Of a stretch of 64,000 bases of DNA, positions 18,123-27,583 are shown piece by piece. The first letter of the stretch is position 1, and every line of letters begins with the position of its first letter. This DNA comes from Candidatus Poribacteria bacterium. Lineage in GTDB: Bacteria; Poribacteria; WGA-4E; WGA-3G. The DNA lies in contig JAJEIP010000019.1 in NCBI GenBank assembly GCA_022827885.1, positions 27,209 through 91,208 on the forward strand. The letters run 5' to 3'. The position numbers and the translations under genes were made by a program. Under the pieces are notes generated by a model. The model was not told the origin of the DNA and did not search any database. It was given only the letters and a program-made list of their open reading frames with translations.

Positions 18123-19049
18123 GTGGCAAGAAAAAAAATCAGTGTTATCGGTGCGGGGAATGTCGGCGCAACAGCGGCGTTTCTGATCGCACAAAAACAA
18201 CTCGGGGATGTCGTCATGATAGATATCGTAGACGGGGTCCCGCAAGGTAAGGCATTGGACATGGCACAAATGGGTCCGGTAGAGATGTTTGATGCCGCAG
18301 TTGACGGAGACTTGGACTACACAGCAACCGCAGGCTCCGATCTCGTAATTATCACATCAGGTTCCCCACGGAAACCGGGGATGACGCGTGAAGATCTGTT
18401 GCAAACAAACGCCAATATCGTCGGCAGCGTCACAGAAAACGTCGTGAAACAGTCGCCAGACTGCATCATCATGATGCTCACGAATCCGCTCGACATCATG
18501 ACCTACCATGCGTGGAAAGTCTCAGGCTTTCCCTCCCATCGCGTCGTTGGACAGGCAGGGGTGCTGGATTCCGCACGGTTCCGCTATTTTATCTCGCTTG
18601 AACTCGGTGTATCCATGGAAGACATCCATGCGCTCGTCCTCGGCGGACACGGCGATACGATGGTTCCGCTTCCACGCTATACGACCGTCAACGGTATTCC
18701 GATTCCACAACTGATACCGGAAGATCGCATCGAATCAATGGCACAACGGACGCGTGACGGGGGTGCTGAAATTGTTAACCTCCTTAAAACGAGCGGCTAT
18801 TATGCTGCGGGTGCCTCACTCGCACAGATGGCGGAAGCGATCATCCTGGATAAGAAACGGCTGCTCCCCTGCTCTGCCTATCTCACCGGACAATACGGTA
18901 TCGACGACCTCTATATCGGGGTTCCGATTAAACTCGGCGGAAACGGGGTGGAGGAAATTATCGAAATCGAACTGACGGAGGACGAACTCGGTTCCTTACA
19001 ACATTCCGCGGCGACCTATAAAGAAGGTATCGAATTGCTTGGGTACTAA
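18123..19049 (+). CDS. mdh: Malate dehydrogenase (LDH-like MDH family)
   Basis: KISVIGAGNVG Rossmann motif, GSPRKPGMTREDLL (Arg at the substrate-specificity position), and HGD catalytic His. GTG at 18123 lies 5 nt after GGAGG; the longest ORF starts at ATG 18111. Confidence 0.9.
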   Translation: MARKKISVIGAGNVGATAAFLIAQKQLGDVVMIDIVDGVPQGKALDMAQMGPVEMFDAAVDGDLDYTATAGSDLVIITSGSPRKPGMTREDLLQTNANIVGSVTENVVKQSPDCIIMMLTNPLDIMTYHAWKVSGFPSHRVVGQAGVLDSARFRYFISLELGVSMEDIHALVLGGHGDTMVPLPRYTTVNGIPIPQLIPEDRIESMAQRTRDGGAEIVNLLKTSGYYAAGASLAQMAEAIILDKKRLLPCSAYLTGQYGIDDLYIGVPIKLGGNGVEEIIEIELTEDELGSLQHSAATYKEGIELLGY

Positions 19050-19085
19050 GTAATCTTTTCATTCTATCCCTGAATATAACCAAAA

Positions 19086-19104
19086 GGCGGGCTGAATGCC
19101 CGCC
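19086..19104 (+). terminator. Hairpin after mdh (GGCGGGC-tgaat-GCCCGCC)
   Basis: 7-bp GC stem with no clear T tract. It overlaps the longest-ORF start of the next gene, which argues for the downstream ATG at 19132. Confidence 0.4.
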
Positions 19105-19131
19105 CAACCTTCATCACTTCAAAACCTATCA

Positions 19132-20598
19132 ATGCTAAGCTACCTCACAACGGCAAAGTATTTGAACGGCATCCACTGCCTCAAACGGCTCTGGTATGAA
19201 GAAAAACATCCCGAAAAAGCCCCGCCTCTCCCCTTGTCCCAACAGCGACTTTCCGATCAACGCAAAATATTAAAAACGCTCGCCTACTCCCGATTTCCAG
19301 AAGGTGTGCACATTGCGGCAGAAGACCCCGATGTTGCCGTCCGACACACCGAAACCGCAATCAACCGTGGCGAATCCTGTCTTTTCAACGCTGCCTTCCT
19401 TTTAAACGGTGTTTTTATCCGATGCGATATCCTCCAAAAAGACGGAAGAGGGTGGCGAATTATTGAAATTAGAGCCTCGAAAAAAATTAAAAAAGAATAT
19501 CTTCTTAACTTGGCTTTACAAAAGTACATATTGGATACCTGCGATATACCGATCTGTGCTACGCAATTGATGCTCTTAGACGAAGCGTGCGTTTATCCAG
19601 ATTTGTCCAATCTGTTTGTTTGTGCAGGTGTGACGGATAAGGTTAATGTGTTAAAACGGGAAGTTCCGCGCTATCTACGGACACTCAAAACGACACTTTA
19701 CAGAGACATTGAACCAAACGTCCTGATTGGGAAAAACCTATGCAACCGACCGCATAGGTGTCCCTTCAAGACATCCTGTTGGACATCAGTGCCTAAAAAT
19801 TCAGTTTTCACCATTCCGAAGATCAAAGATCCTGAAGCGACTGCCTTGGCAGAAAAGGGTATTTTTCGCCTCTCCGATCTCCCAGCCGATTTCCCACTGA
19901 CCCCATCGCAACGCATCTATGTTAACAGCGTTCTCGAAAATAAACCCGCAATCGACAGCGCAGCACTCCGACAAGAATTAGCAAACTTGCAATATCCGAT
20001 CCACTTTCTCGATTTTGAAACCGATAGACCTGCGATCCCACGGTTCGAGGGTTTCAAGGTATACGAAGAATTTCCGTTTCAATACAGTTGTCACGTCCTT
20101 CAACCCGATGGTGGGGTTACACATCACGAATACCTGCACACCGATATATCCGATCCATGTTTACCGTTTTTACAATCTCTACTGGCGCACATTTCTGACC
20201 GCGGTTCCATAGTCGTTTACAATCTATCTTTTGAACGTCGGATCCTCAGAAATCTGGCTGAATCTTTTCCCGAATATGCTTCGGTACTTCAATCAATTAT
20301 TGAAAGACTCTGGGATCAATTGACGGTTCTCAGAAAACACTACGAACATCCGGATTTCTGTGGGTCTAAATCCCTCAAATCGGTGCTTCCTGTATTAGTG
20401 CCTTCGCTTTCCTATGAGAACTTAGACATTCAAGAGGGCGCGGACGCCCCAGCGGTTTGGAATATGATGCTCAGTGCCAGCAATGAAACCGAAAGGCAAG
20501 AATGGCATCGACGTTTGAGCGCCTATTGCAAACTCGATACGCTTGCGATGGTCGAAATCCATAAGGTATTGCAAGAAAAAAGCACCTGTCACGCATAA
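19132..20598 (+). CDS. DUF2779-like protein (RecB/Cas4-like nuclease N-terminus plus exonuclease-like C-terminus)
   Basis: The N-terminal YLNGIHCLKRLWYE and central IHFLDFETDRPAIP motifs are characteristic of DUF2779 proteins. Confidence 0.65.
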   Translation: MLSYLTTAKYLNGIHCLKRLWYEEKHPEKAPPLPLSQQRLSDQRKILKTLAYSRFPEGVHIAAEDPDVAVRHTETAINRGESCLFNAAFLLNGVFIRCDILQKDGRGWRIIEIRASKKIKKEYLLNLALQKYILDTCDIPICATQLMLLDEACVYPDLSNLFVCAGVTDKVNVLKREVPRYLRTLKTTLYRDIEPNVLIGKNLCNRPHRCPFKTSCWTSVPKNSVFTIPKIKDPEATALAEKGIFRLSDLPADFPLTPSQRIYVNSVLENKPAIDSAALRQELANLQYPIHFLDFETDRPAIPRFEGFKVYEEFPFQYSCHVLQPDGGVTHHEYLHTDISDPCLPFLQSLLAHISDRGSIVVYNLSFERRILRNLAESFPEYASVLQSIIERLWDQLTVLRKHYEHPDFCGSKSLKSVLPVLVPSLSYENLDIQEGADAPAVWNMMLSASNETERQEWHRRLSAYCKLDTLAMVEIHKVLQEKSTCHA

Positions 20599-20611
20599 CG
20601 TGATAGGTGCT
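20576..20611 (-). terminator. dnaK terminator, shared with the convergent gene
   Basis: 13-bp stem agcacctgtcacg / cgtgataggtgct. On the minus strand it is followed by TTTTTT. It overlaps the last codons of the DUF2779-like gene. Confidence 0.6.
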
Positions 20612-20655
20612 ATGGATCAGAATCCGCAATAAGCCAGACGAAACGACATAACCTA

Positions 20656-22590
20656 CTATTTCTGATCTTTTTTCTCATCCTCGTCAACGACTTCGTATTC
20701 AGCATCAACGACATCGCTATCCGCAGGGTCAGCCGTTGCTTCAGTCGCAGAAGGACCGCCTGCTGCAGCTCCTGGATCCGCATCGGCTGCCTGCTGATAC
20801 ATCTGTGCAGACACCTCATGCCAGACCTGTGTTAACGCCTCCGTTGCGGATTGGATTTCAGCATGGTTGTCCGCTTCCAATGCCTGCTTGACCCGGGCAA
20901 CGGCATCGTTCACCTTCTCCTTGGAAGCATCGTCTACCTTGTCCCCGAACTCGTTGAGGTTCTTCTCAGTCTCGTAGACCATAGAATCCGCCTGGTTACG
21001 CGTCTCAACCTCCTCACGTTTCTGCTTATCCTCTTCGGCGTGTGTCTCTGCATCCTTCACCATCTGATCAATCTCGGCATCGGTAAGCCCAGAGGAGGCG
21101 GTAATGGTAATCTTTTGCTCCTTACTGGTTGCGGTATCCTTCGCAGATACGTTGAGGATGCCGTTCGCGTCAATATCAAACGTCACTTCAATCTGTGGGA
21201 TACCTCTGGGAGCTGGCGGTAATTCGCTCAGTTGAAAGCGTCCGATGGTTTTGTTGTAAACCGCCTGTTCCCGTTCACCTTGGAGGACATGCACATCGAC
21301 CGAGGTCTGATTGTTCGCAGACGTCGTGAAGATATTCGATTTCTTCGTAGGAATGGTTGTATTCCTGTCAATCAACCGCGTGAACATTCCACCGAGGGTC
21401 TCAATCCCAAGTGAGAGCGGCGTGACATCCAACAAAAGAATATCTTTGACTTCTTCATCCCCAGCGAGCACACCGCCCTGGATTGCGGCACCGATTGCGA
21501 CGACTTCATCTGGATTGACCCCTTTGTGGGGTTCTTTGCCGAAGAGTTGCTGGACGGCTTCTTGAACCTTAGGCATGCGTGTTTGTCCACCGACGAGGAT
21601 AACCTCATCGATATCGGAGGGTTGCATTTCAGCATCCGCCAGCGCCTGTCGGCAAGGATTGAGTGACCGTTGGACGAGGCTATCCGTAATCTGCTCCAGT
21701 TTTGGACGAGTGAGCGTCAAGTTCAGGTGCTTCGGTCCGCTGGCATCACTGGTAATAAAAGGCAGATTAATCTCAGTCTGTTGTGTACTGGAAAGTTCAC
21801 ACTTTGCCGTTTCTGCGGCTTCTTTCAGGCGTTGCAGTGCCATCGGATCGTTGCGGAGATCAATGCCTTGGCTACTGAGGAATTCTTGCGCCATCCAGTC
21901 AATAACCGCCTGATCAAAGTCATCCCCCCCGAGGTGTGTATCACCGTTGGTACTTTTCACCTCGAAAACGCCATCCCCGATTTCCAGGATAGAGATGTCA
22001 AACGTGCCGCCCCCGAGGTCATAGACTGCGATCTTTTTATCGCCTTCATTTTGCAACCCGTAAGCGAGAGATGCGGCAGTCGGTTCGTTGATAATCCGCT
22101 CGACCTCTAACCCCGCGATTTTACCTGCATCGGCTGTCGCCTGACGTTGGGAGTCGTTGAAGTAGGCAGGAACGGTAATAACCGCTTTCGTGACCTCCTC
22201 TCCGAGATATGCCTCGGCGGTTTCTTTCATTTTCCGCAAAACCATAGCCGAGATTTCAGGCGGCGAGTAATCCTTACCCTCAATATTTACAGCGACATCG
22301 CCATCTTTATCTGCTTTTAATTCATAGGACACACGGTTGGCATCGTCTCCAATCTCGTTATACTTCCGTCCCATGAACCTTTTAATCGAAAAGATTGTAT
22401 TTTGTGGGTTCGTGATCGCTTGTCTTTTTGCGACCTGTCCGACGGGACGTTCACCGTCACTGGTGAAACCAACAATCGAGGGAGTCGTTCGGTTTCCTTC
22501 GGTGTTTTCAATCACCTTGGCATCGCCGCTCTCTAAAACAGCCACACACGAATTTGTTGTTCCTAAGTCGATTCCAATGACTTTGCTCAT
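20656..22590 (-). CDS. dnaK: Molecular chaperone DnaK (Hsp70)
   Basis: [18 protein letters not shown] start with AAGGAG upstream. Full-length Hsp70 signatures ([19 protein letters not shown]). No adjacent grpE or dnaJ. Confidence 0.97.
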   Translation of the reverse strand: MSKVIGIDLGTTNSCVAVLESGDAKVIENTEGNRTTPSIVGFTSDGERPVGQVAKRQAITNPQNTIFSIKRFMGRKYNEIGDDANRVSYELKADKDGDVAVNIEGKDYSPPEISAMVLRKMKETAEAYLGEEVTKAVITVPAYFNDSQRQATADAGKIAGLEVERIINEPTAASLAYGLQNEGDKKIAVYDLGGGTFDISILEIGDGVFEVKSTNGDTHLGGDDFDQAVIDWMAQEFLSSQGIDLRNDPMALQRLKEAAETAKCELSSTQQTEINLPFITSDASGPKHLNLTLTRPKLEQITDSLVQRSLNPCRQALADAEMQPSDIDEVILVGGQTRMPKVQEAVQQLFGKEPHKGVNPDEVVAIGAAIQGGVLAGDEEVKDILLLDVTPLSLGIETLGGMFTRLIDRNTTIPTKKSNIFTTSANNQTSVDVHVLQGEREQAVYNKTIGRFQLSELPPAPRGIPQIEVTFDIDANGILNVSAKDTATSKEQKITITASSGLTDAEIDQMVKDAETHAEEDKQKREEVETRNQADSMVYETEKNLNEFGDKVDDASKEKVNDAVARVKQALEADNHAEIQSATEALTQVWHEVSAQMYQQAADADPGAAAGGPSATEATADPADSDVVDAEYEVVDEDEKKDQK

Positions 22591-22630
22591 TTTCGATTTC
22601 TCCTTGGCATAAATATGATAGATTTCAGAA

Positions 22631-22657
22631 TTAAGCACAAACTAAAGCTTATGCTAC
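22631..22657. promoter_or_regulatory. CIRCE-like inverted repeat, dnaK-proximal copy (TTAAGCACAA-N8-TTATGCTAC)
   Basis: Lies 41 nt upstream of the dnaK ATG. Shares the GCAC..TGCTA half-site layout with CIRCE (TTAGCACTC-N9-GAGTGCTAA). Confidence 0.4.
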
Positions 22658-22726
22658 AAATACGTTTATTTATTTTTCGGCTTTACCATAATAGGACGTG
22701 CTCAAATGTCGGTTCGCGTCTTGGGA

Positions 22727-22753
22727 CTGGCACGAACTAACAGTTTATGCTAC
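22727..22753. promoter_or_regulatory. CIRCE-like inverted repeat, dnaK-distal copy (CTGGCACGA-N9-TTATGCTAC)
   Basis: The 20-nt core aactaacagtttatgctaca is identical to 47140-47159. Also readable as a plus-strand extended -10 (TGCTACAAT). Confidence 0.4.
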
Positions 22754-22861
22754 AATATAGTGTGCAATATTTATGCCAACAGAAATCGTTTGAAATAGTG
22801 AAAATTCCCGCAGGTTGTCTGCCAAATTGGCACAGTTCTAAAAGGGGCATGATTCTATATG

Positions 22862-23671
22862 TCAATTTGACTTACTACCGCCCGTATATCTTCCTTTAAG
22901 AAATCCCCATGTCGTCGACAATTTTTCATCGGGTTCAACAGCCAAAATCTCTTGGATACTACTCCCCTGAATCTCTTTAACCTCATCCTGTGAAAGCCCA
23001 CGGTCAAAGAGTACAAACTCATCAATAACGCCGTTATAGTAGCGATTGAGCGCGGGCGGATCCTCCCTACCGAGCAAGAGCGGGGCATCAATCGGCACCA
23101 GTTCATTGCCATTCTTCGGATAATCTATCAGGACCTCGCCATCAAGATAGACAGTCCACCACTCACCACTCTGAAATGAAACAGCGACGTGCTGCCATTT
23201 GTCTTTAACGACATCGCGGGGACTTTGTGCCGGCACAACGCGTCCACCTGTCAACTTCCATCCCATCCATATAAAACCGTCGGGATGGAGCAGCACCTCG
23301 AAAAATTCCTGCACATCAGGTCCCTTCGCTGCTATGAGTTGCCATGTGCCGGGTCCCACCTTCAAAGTGGGCAGAATCCAAGCGGCAATTGTAATTCCAT
23401 CGGTAAATTCAAAGGCATCGGAATGTTCTACGCTAACGATCCCATCTTTTCCGCCGAAATTCACCGCTTTCCCGAATTTCCCATCCGTCCACGACGTATC
23501 TCCCTCTAATTTTCCATCCTGTCCGTTACCTGAGAGATCCGCTACGGCTTTACCAGCCCCCTCTTCAAAAGCGAAATAGACGACCAACCCCTCAAGTTCC
23601 GCGGCCGTGCTGATGTTTTGTCCACTTACTATTAGAAACACAGCACACAGACACATCACAAATTTACGCAT
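22862..23671 (-). CDS. Secreted LamG (concanavalin A-like lectin/glucanase) domain protein
   Basis: ATG at 23671 with GGAGG upstream and a signal peptide (MRKFVMCLCAVFLIVSG). Laminin_G_3-like pattern: LVVYFAFEEG ... GNGQDG ... WQHVAVSF ... IDEFVLFDRGLS. Confidence 0.75.
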   Translation of the reverse strand: MRKFVMCLCAVFLIVSGQNISTAAELEGLVVYFAFEEGAGKAVADLSGNGQDGKLEGDTSWTDGKFGKAVNFGGKDGIVSVEHSDAFEFTDGITIAAWILPTLKVGPGTWQLIAAKGPDVQEFFEVLLHPDGFIWMGWKLTGGRVVPAQSPRDVVKDKWQHVAVSFQSGEWWTVYLDGEVLIDYPKNGNELVPIDAPLLLGREDPPALNRYYNGVIDEFVLFDRGLSQDEVKEIQGSSIQEILAVEPDEKLSTTWGFLKGRYTGGSKSN

Positions 23672-23710
23672 GAGTAGCCTCCAATCCCATCGGGTCAGTT
23701 TGCTAAGTCC

Positions 23711-23744
23711 GTTACGGCACACGGCGTGTGCCTACTACTTTTAA
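23711..23744 (+). repeat. REP-like hairpin element, second identical copy
   Basis: 34 nt identical to 2565-2598, in the same plus-strand orientation. Here it lies upstream of a minus-strand gene. Confidence 0.85.
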
Positions 23745-23764
23745 TCGAACTCACGTTAAGTAAT

Positions 23765-23798
23765 ACGGGCGGATGTCAAGAAAAGAACACCCGCCCGT
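23765..23798 (-). terminator. Hairpin downstream of the minus-strand PhyH gene (ACGGGCGG ... CCGCCCGT)
   Basis: 8-bp GC stem with an 18-nt loop and only a weak T tract. Confidence 0.35.
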
Positions 23799-23857
23799 CA
23801 AACAGGATTATTTAGTTTTAAGCAGTTGTCTAATTGTGGGCGGTTTTTTCGGGGACC

Positions 23858-23884
23858 GGAGCGGTTACAAACCGCTCCTACCGA
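23858..23884 (+). repeat. REP-like hairpin (GGAGCGGTT-aca-AACCGCTCC followed by TACCGA)
   Basis: 9-bp stem, 3-nt loop, CTAC at the 3' boundary. Variant of the 44164 and 46771 elements. Confidence 0.8.
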
Positions 23885-23952
23885 GCCTGGGGAAACCAAG
23901 CAGAAGCATGGAAAACTGAATAGCCCAATCCGTTAAACACTCGCATATATCT

Positions 23953-24675
23953 CTACGCAAACGGGAATGTCCCTTGATACCCGCGCGGACGAGAGACATG
24001 CCACACGCCTTCATACATCGGGGTCACCTGATAATGACACACGACATTGCTCCGCTCCATGTCGTCCCGTTCTTTGGCACCTTGATGCGGGATGTGATTG
24101 ATAAACACGACACAATCCCCCGCTTTGGGATGCAGGATAACATGTTCCTGTGCGTCACACCACGCCTCGAATTTAGGACGATCCAACGGATAGAGATGCG
24201 GTGGTTCTGACAGATGACCGCCTTTGATAAATTTGAGGTGTCCCTCACCGGGATCGTTGTCCTGGAAATAGAAGGTGGTGTTAATCCCGACAGGTGCCAT
24301 TGCGAACGGATGCTCCTGAACATATCGCTGCTCCTGCCAATAGCCGTAAAAATCCATGTGCCATTCCTGGAGATAGGGACCCGGATTGATATGTGCCCGC
24401 AGGCTCCGCAGTTGGCACTGTTTGCCCATCAAGCCCTCAAGGTAAGGACGGACACTCGAATGCCCGACAAGCGACTGGTATGTATCGGGTTCACGATCAA
24501 GGAGCGTATCGAACCACATATTGCCGACGGCGTTCAAGCCTTCCTCCCAGCCCTGTTCCCGCGCATAATTGATGCGCTGACGGATACGCTCTGTCTCATC
24601 TGGCGACAACGCCCCCTCTATCAAAACGAAGCCATTCTGTTGCAGTTTCTTGAGTTCATCTTTGATGTCTGCCAT
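23953..24675 (-). CDS. PhyH-family dioxygenase
   Basis: 240 aa with EWHMDFY (HxD) and NHIPHQGA motifs. N-terminal LQQNGFVLIEGALSPDE is typical of the family. Confidence 0.7.
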   Translation of the reverse strand: MADIKDELKKLQQNGFVLIEGALSPDETERIRQRINYAREQGWEEGLNAVGNMWFDTLLDREPDTYQSLVGHSSVRPYLEGLMGKQCQLRSLRAHINPGPYLQEWHMDFYGYWQEQRYVQEHPFAMAPVGINTTFYFQDNDPGEGHLKFIKGGHLSEPPHLYPLDRPKFEAWCDAQEHVILHPKAGDCVVFINHIPHQGAKERDDMERSNVVCHYQVTPMYEGVWHVSRPRGYQGTFPFA

Positions 24676-24745
24676 CTTCTCATCTCCTTCTGAAGATTCA
24701 GAGTTGTTGACGGTATTCTATATGCTTCTATAAAAGAGGTCAACC

Positions 24746-26230
24746 TTAATTGCCAACGAACAGTTTGACGACCAAACCCCAACCGCTTATCCCGGCAAAT
24801 ATCATAAGGACAGCAGCAGAAATCAGCGCGCCGACGAACATAAAGGGACGCGTCCGATACGCAGCAGGCAGCTTCGCGTTCAGATAGAGTGCTGCGAGCA
24901 TCATCAAAGCGATCGAAAAATTCGCCAAAATAAAGCCAGCGACTTGTGTCAAGATGTCAAACGGGATGTTCAACCAGATCAGCACCATCGTCGTGAGAAA
25001 AATATAGACACATATCCATCTACGAAGTGTATCGTAGTTCCATTCGCGGTGGGGCCAGATGGCTTGAAAGAACTCTTGCATGACCCGTGCGTAGATTTCT
25101 GGGAGTGCCTGTAGCGTTCCCCACAGCGCGACGATGATACAGATATAGTACACCCATACAAGTGAGCCATGAATATTTTTCCAGACACTCGCCTGATCGG
25201 TCAGTAGGCTCCACCCTTCAAAAGTGCTTTGCATCCCATACAGGACAGCAGCACCTGAGATCATGAACGCCCCTGTCACGATGAAGAGGACGATCGCGCC
25301 CATACCGATATCCCACTGGAGTGGGGCCAGGATTTTTCGGAGTTGACTGACCTGCTCAGGGTGTTCAGGGAGATAATCGATTCTATCACGAGTGGAGGCA
25401 CGCTGACGGATCGCGTCAATGTTCCGATGTGATGTCATCCCCCATCGGTGCATGCTTACCCAATTTGCGTAAACAACGTATCCCATTACAGAACCCCCGA
25501 CGTAACCAAACGCAGTCGCCATTGTCAATAAAGGGTTTTCAACCGCATCTTTGGGCGCCCATTCAGGGAATTCAGGCAAATGTCCAAAACGGAGACTTCC
25601 AACGAGCGCCTTACCAAAGTCCGGACGCACCATGAGTGTACCAATAATTGTCCCAACAACAAGAATGAGGCAGATAATGAGTTGCTGTTTTTCAAGCCTG
25701 TCAAAGGAGATACGTAAACCGAAAAGGAGTGCAAGGGTGATAAAGCAGGACGTGATTAGATTTTCCCAAACGAGTTGGGGGACGCCTGAAGACAGTGTAT
25801 CTCTGAACAGGAAATGGAGCAGTGCTCCACACGGTTTGGCGATCGGCACCCATGCCAAAGGCGCACCTACCATCTCAAAGATAACAATTGCAATGAGGAG
25901 CCAACCGCGCGGTCCGGGTAGTTTCGCGAGCCGATTTCCGATGTATTCACCGCTCACCGCTGTGTAGCGACCGAGTAGATAGGTGACAAAGATACCTTTG
26001 ACGACGCAGCTGAGTAGGACAAGCCAGAGCAGGTTATATCCTGCCCACGCTCCTGCCCGGACGACAACAATCGTTTCGCCCGCCCCGATACTCACCGAGG
26101 CAACAATCGCCGCGGGTCCAAACACCGATGCAAGCGCGATAATCTTTTTCAGCGACCACGGTTCAGCATACGGACCGGAGACGGGTGGAATCTCAACAGG
26201 TTCAGTCGTTTGTGTCTGTTCTGTTTGCAT
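24746..26230 (-). CDS. Nramp-related polytopic membrane transporter
   Basis: ATG at 26230. About 11-12 TM segments. FGPAAIVASVSIGAGE ... YNLLWLVLLS ... GRYTAVSGEYI resembles Nramp TM1-TM3, but the canonical DPGN motif is absent. Confidence 0.5.
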   Translation of the reverse strand: MQTEQTQTTEPVEIPPVSGPYAEPWSLKKIIALASVFGPAAIVASVSIGAGETIVVVRAGAWAGYNLLWLVLLSCVVKGIFVTYLLGRYTAVSGEYIGNRLAKLPGPRGWLLIAIVIFEMVGAPLAWVPIAKPCGALLHFLFRDTLSSGVPQLVWENLITSCFITLALLFGLRISFDRLEKQQLIICLILVVGTIIGTLMVRPDFGKALVGSLRFGHLPEFPEWAPKDAVENPLLTMATAFGYVGGSVMGYVVYANWVSMHRWGMTSHRNIDAIRQRASTRDRIDYLPEHPEQVSQLRKILAPLQWDIGMGAIVLFIVTGAFMISGAAVLYGMQSTFEGWSLLTDQASVWKNIHGSLVWVYYICIIVALWGTLQALPEIYARVMQEFFQAIWPHREWNYDTLRRWICVYIFLTTMVLIWLNIPFDILTQVAGFILANFSIALMMLAALYLNAKLPAAYRTRPFMFVGALISAAVLMIFAGISGWGLVVKLFVGN

Positions 26231-26293
26231 AAACAGTTCCCAATAACAACAAGCGGACTTCGAGAGAAGCCCGCTCACCGTTAACTTATACGC

Positions 26294-27028
26294 TTATTCT
26301 TCTTCTAAGGGTTCTAAGGGTTGTGCGTTGCCAAAGACAGGGGTCGGTGCGTTGCCGGGTGCTGCCCATCGAGAGGCATTCGCAATAACGTGGCGAACGT
26401 TCTCATCGTAATAGATGGGATACGTCTCATGACCGGGACGGAAATAGAAGATTTTCCCTCTGCCCCGATAATAACAACATCCACTTCGGAAAACCTCGCC
26501 GCCGGGGAACCAACTGACGAAAATAAGGGTATCGGGTTCAGGAATATCAAACGGCTCGCCATACATCTCGGCGTGCTCAATTTCAAAGTATTCGCCTAAA
26601 CCTTCAACGATTGGGTGTCCGTGCTCAATGACCCAGAGACGTTCCTTCTCGCCTGCTTCACGCCATTTGAGACTACACGACGTGCCCATCAACCCCGTAA
26701 AAGGTTTAGAATAGTGGGCGGAGTGCAGGACAATCAGTCCCATACCGTCTAACACACGGGCGCGAACTTTAGCGGCAATTTCGTCCTCAACAGCATTATG
26801 TGCTGCATGTCCCCACCAGATAAGGACATCGGTGTTTGAAAGCACATCGTCCGTCAAGCCGTGTTCGGGTTCATCCAGCGTTGCACCCCGAACCTTAAAA
26901 CCGCCGGCTTTATCGAGGCCATCGGCAATTGCGGCATGGATGCCATTCGGATAGATACCGCGAATAAACTCGTTCGTTTTTTCGTGTCTAAATTCATTCC
27001 AGACTGTAACCTGAATCGGTTGCGTCAT
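26294..27028 (-). CDS. ThuA (trehalose utilisation) domain protein
   Basis: 244 aa. [10 protein letters not shown] ... DVLIWWGH ... HSAHYSK pattern typical of the ThuA family. Confidence 0.7.
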   Translation of the reverse strand: MTQPIQVTVWNEFRHEKTNEFIRGIYPNGIHAAIADGLDKAGGFKVRGATLDEPEHGLTDDVLSNTDVLIWWGHAAHNAVEDEIAAKVRARVLDGMGLIVLHSAHYSKPFTGLMGTSCSLKWREAGEKERLWVIEHGHPIVEGLGEYFEIEHAEMYGEPFDIPEPDTLIFVSWFPGGEVFRSGCCYYRGRGKIFYFRPGHETYPIYYDENVRHVIANASRWAAPGNAPTPVFGNAQPLEPLEEE

Positions 27029-27047
27029 AAGTTTCTCCTTTATAATA

Positions 27048-27075
27048 GTTATTAGTCTTCAGTCATCGGTTATCG
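27048..27075 (-). repeat. Degenerate heptamer array in the leader of the ThuA gene
   Basis: Plus strand reads GTTATTA GTCTTCA GTCATCG GTTATCG. In the gene sense this is CGATAAC CGATGAC TGAAGAC TAATAAC, ending 19 nt upstream of the ATG. Confidence 0.6.
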
Positions 27076-27108
27076 GGTAAAAGGTCTCTACATAATAATT
27101 CATACAAT

Positions 27109-27549
27109 TCATCTTTTTTCTACTGAAACTTCAGGGTTAGGGCTTGATAGCTCTGATGACACAATTGAAGTCTCTCGTGCTACGGACCCGGCACTACATT
27201 CTGTTGCTTCTAACGGTTGAATCGAGAACCGGCATCCGAGGACAGCCAAAATCGCACTGAACGTGTCAATGCGTGGTGCCTCTTCGCTTGAGAGCATATC
27301 CGAGAGGACTTGCGGCGCAATGCCAATTTTCTTAGCAACCTCTGAAACTCCACCTCGTGCCTCTACAACATTCTGGAGACCCATTAGAAAGAAGGGCGTG
27401 TCACCATCCTCTTGGTATTCCTCAAGTGCTACATCCAGATAACCGATTGCCTCCTCCCAGTCGGAAGTAAACCGTTCCATTAGAATTTCTTCCCATGTTC
27501 GATATTCTCTCATGTAGGCTTTCAGTTTTCTGGGCCGTATGTTCCGCAT
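27109..27549 (-). CDS. HigA-family addiction-module antidote protein (HTH) with C-terminal extension; no cognate toxin gene
   Basis: WEEAIGYLDVALEEYQEDGDTPFFLMGLQNVVEARGGVSEVAKKIGIAPQVLSDMLS matches the putative addiction-module antidote pattern. The start could be an internal Met. Confidence 0.6.
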   Translation of the reverse strand: MRNIRPRKLKAYMREYRTWEEILMERFTSDWEEAIGYLDVALEEYQEDGDTPFFLMGLQNVVEARGGVSEVAKKIGIAPQVLSDMLSSEEAPRIDTFSAILAVLGCRFSIQPLEATECSAGSVARETSIVSSELSSPNPEVSVEKR

Positions 27550-27583
27550 TCAGGTTTTGCTTGACCTCTATTGCCTTCTATTC

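Noticed and set aside
20851-22612. Series of plus-strand ORFs (123, 84, 112, 146 and 91 aa) opposite dnaK.
   Set aside because: dnaK is unambiguous on the minus strand, and these are antisense shadow frames.
22727-22745. Sigma-54 promoter, suggested by CTGGCAC.
   Set aside because: The -12 element is missing: TGGCAC-N5 is followed by AACA, not TTGC. The TGGCAC is better explained as the left half of the CIRCE-like repeat.
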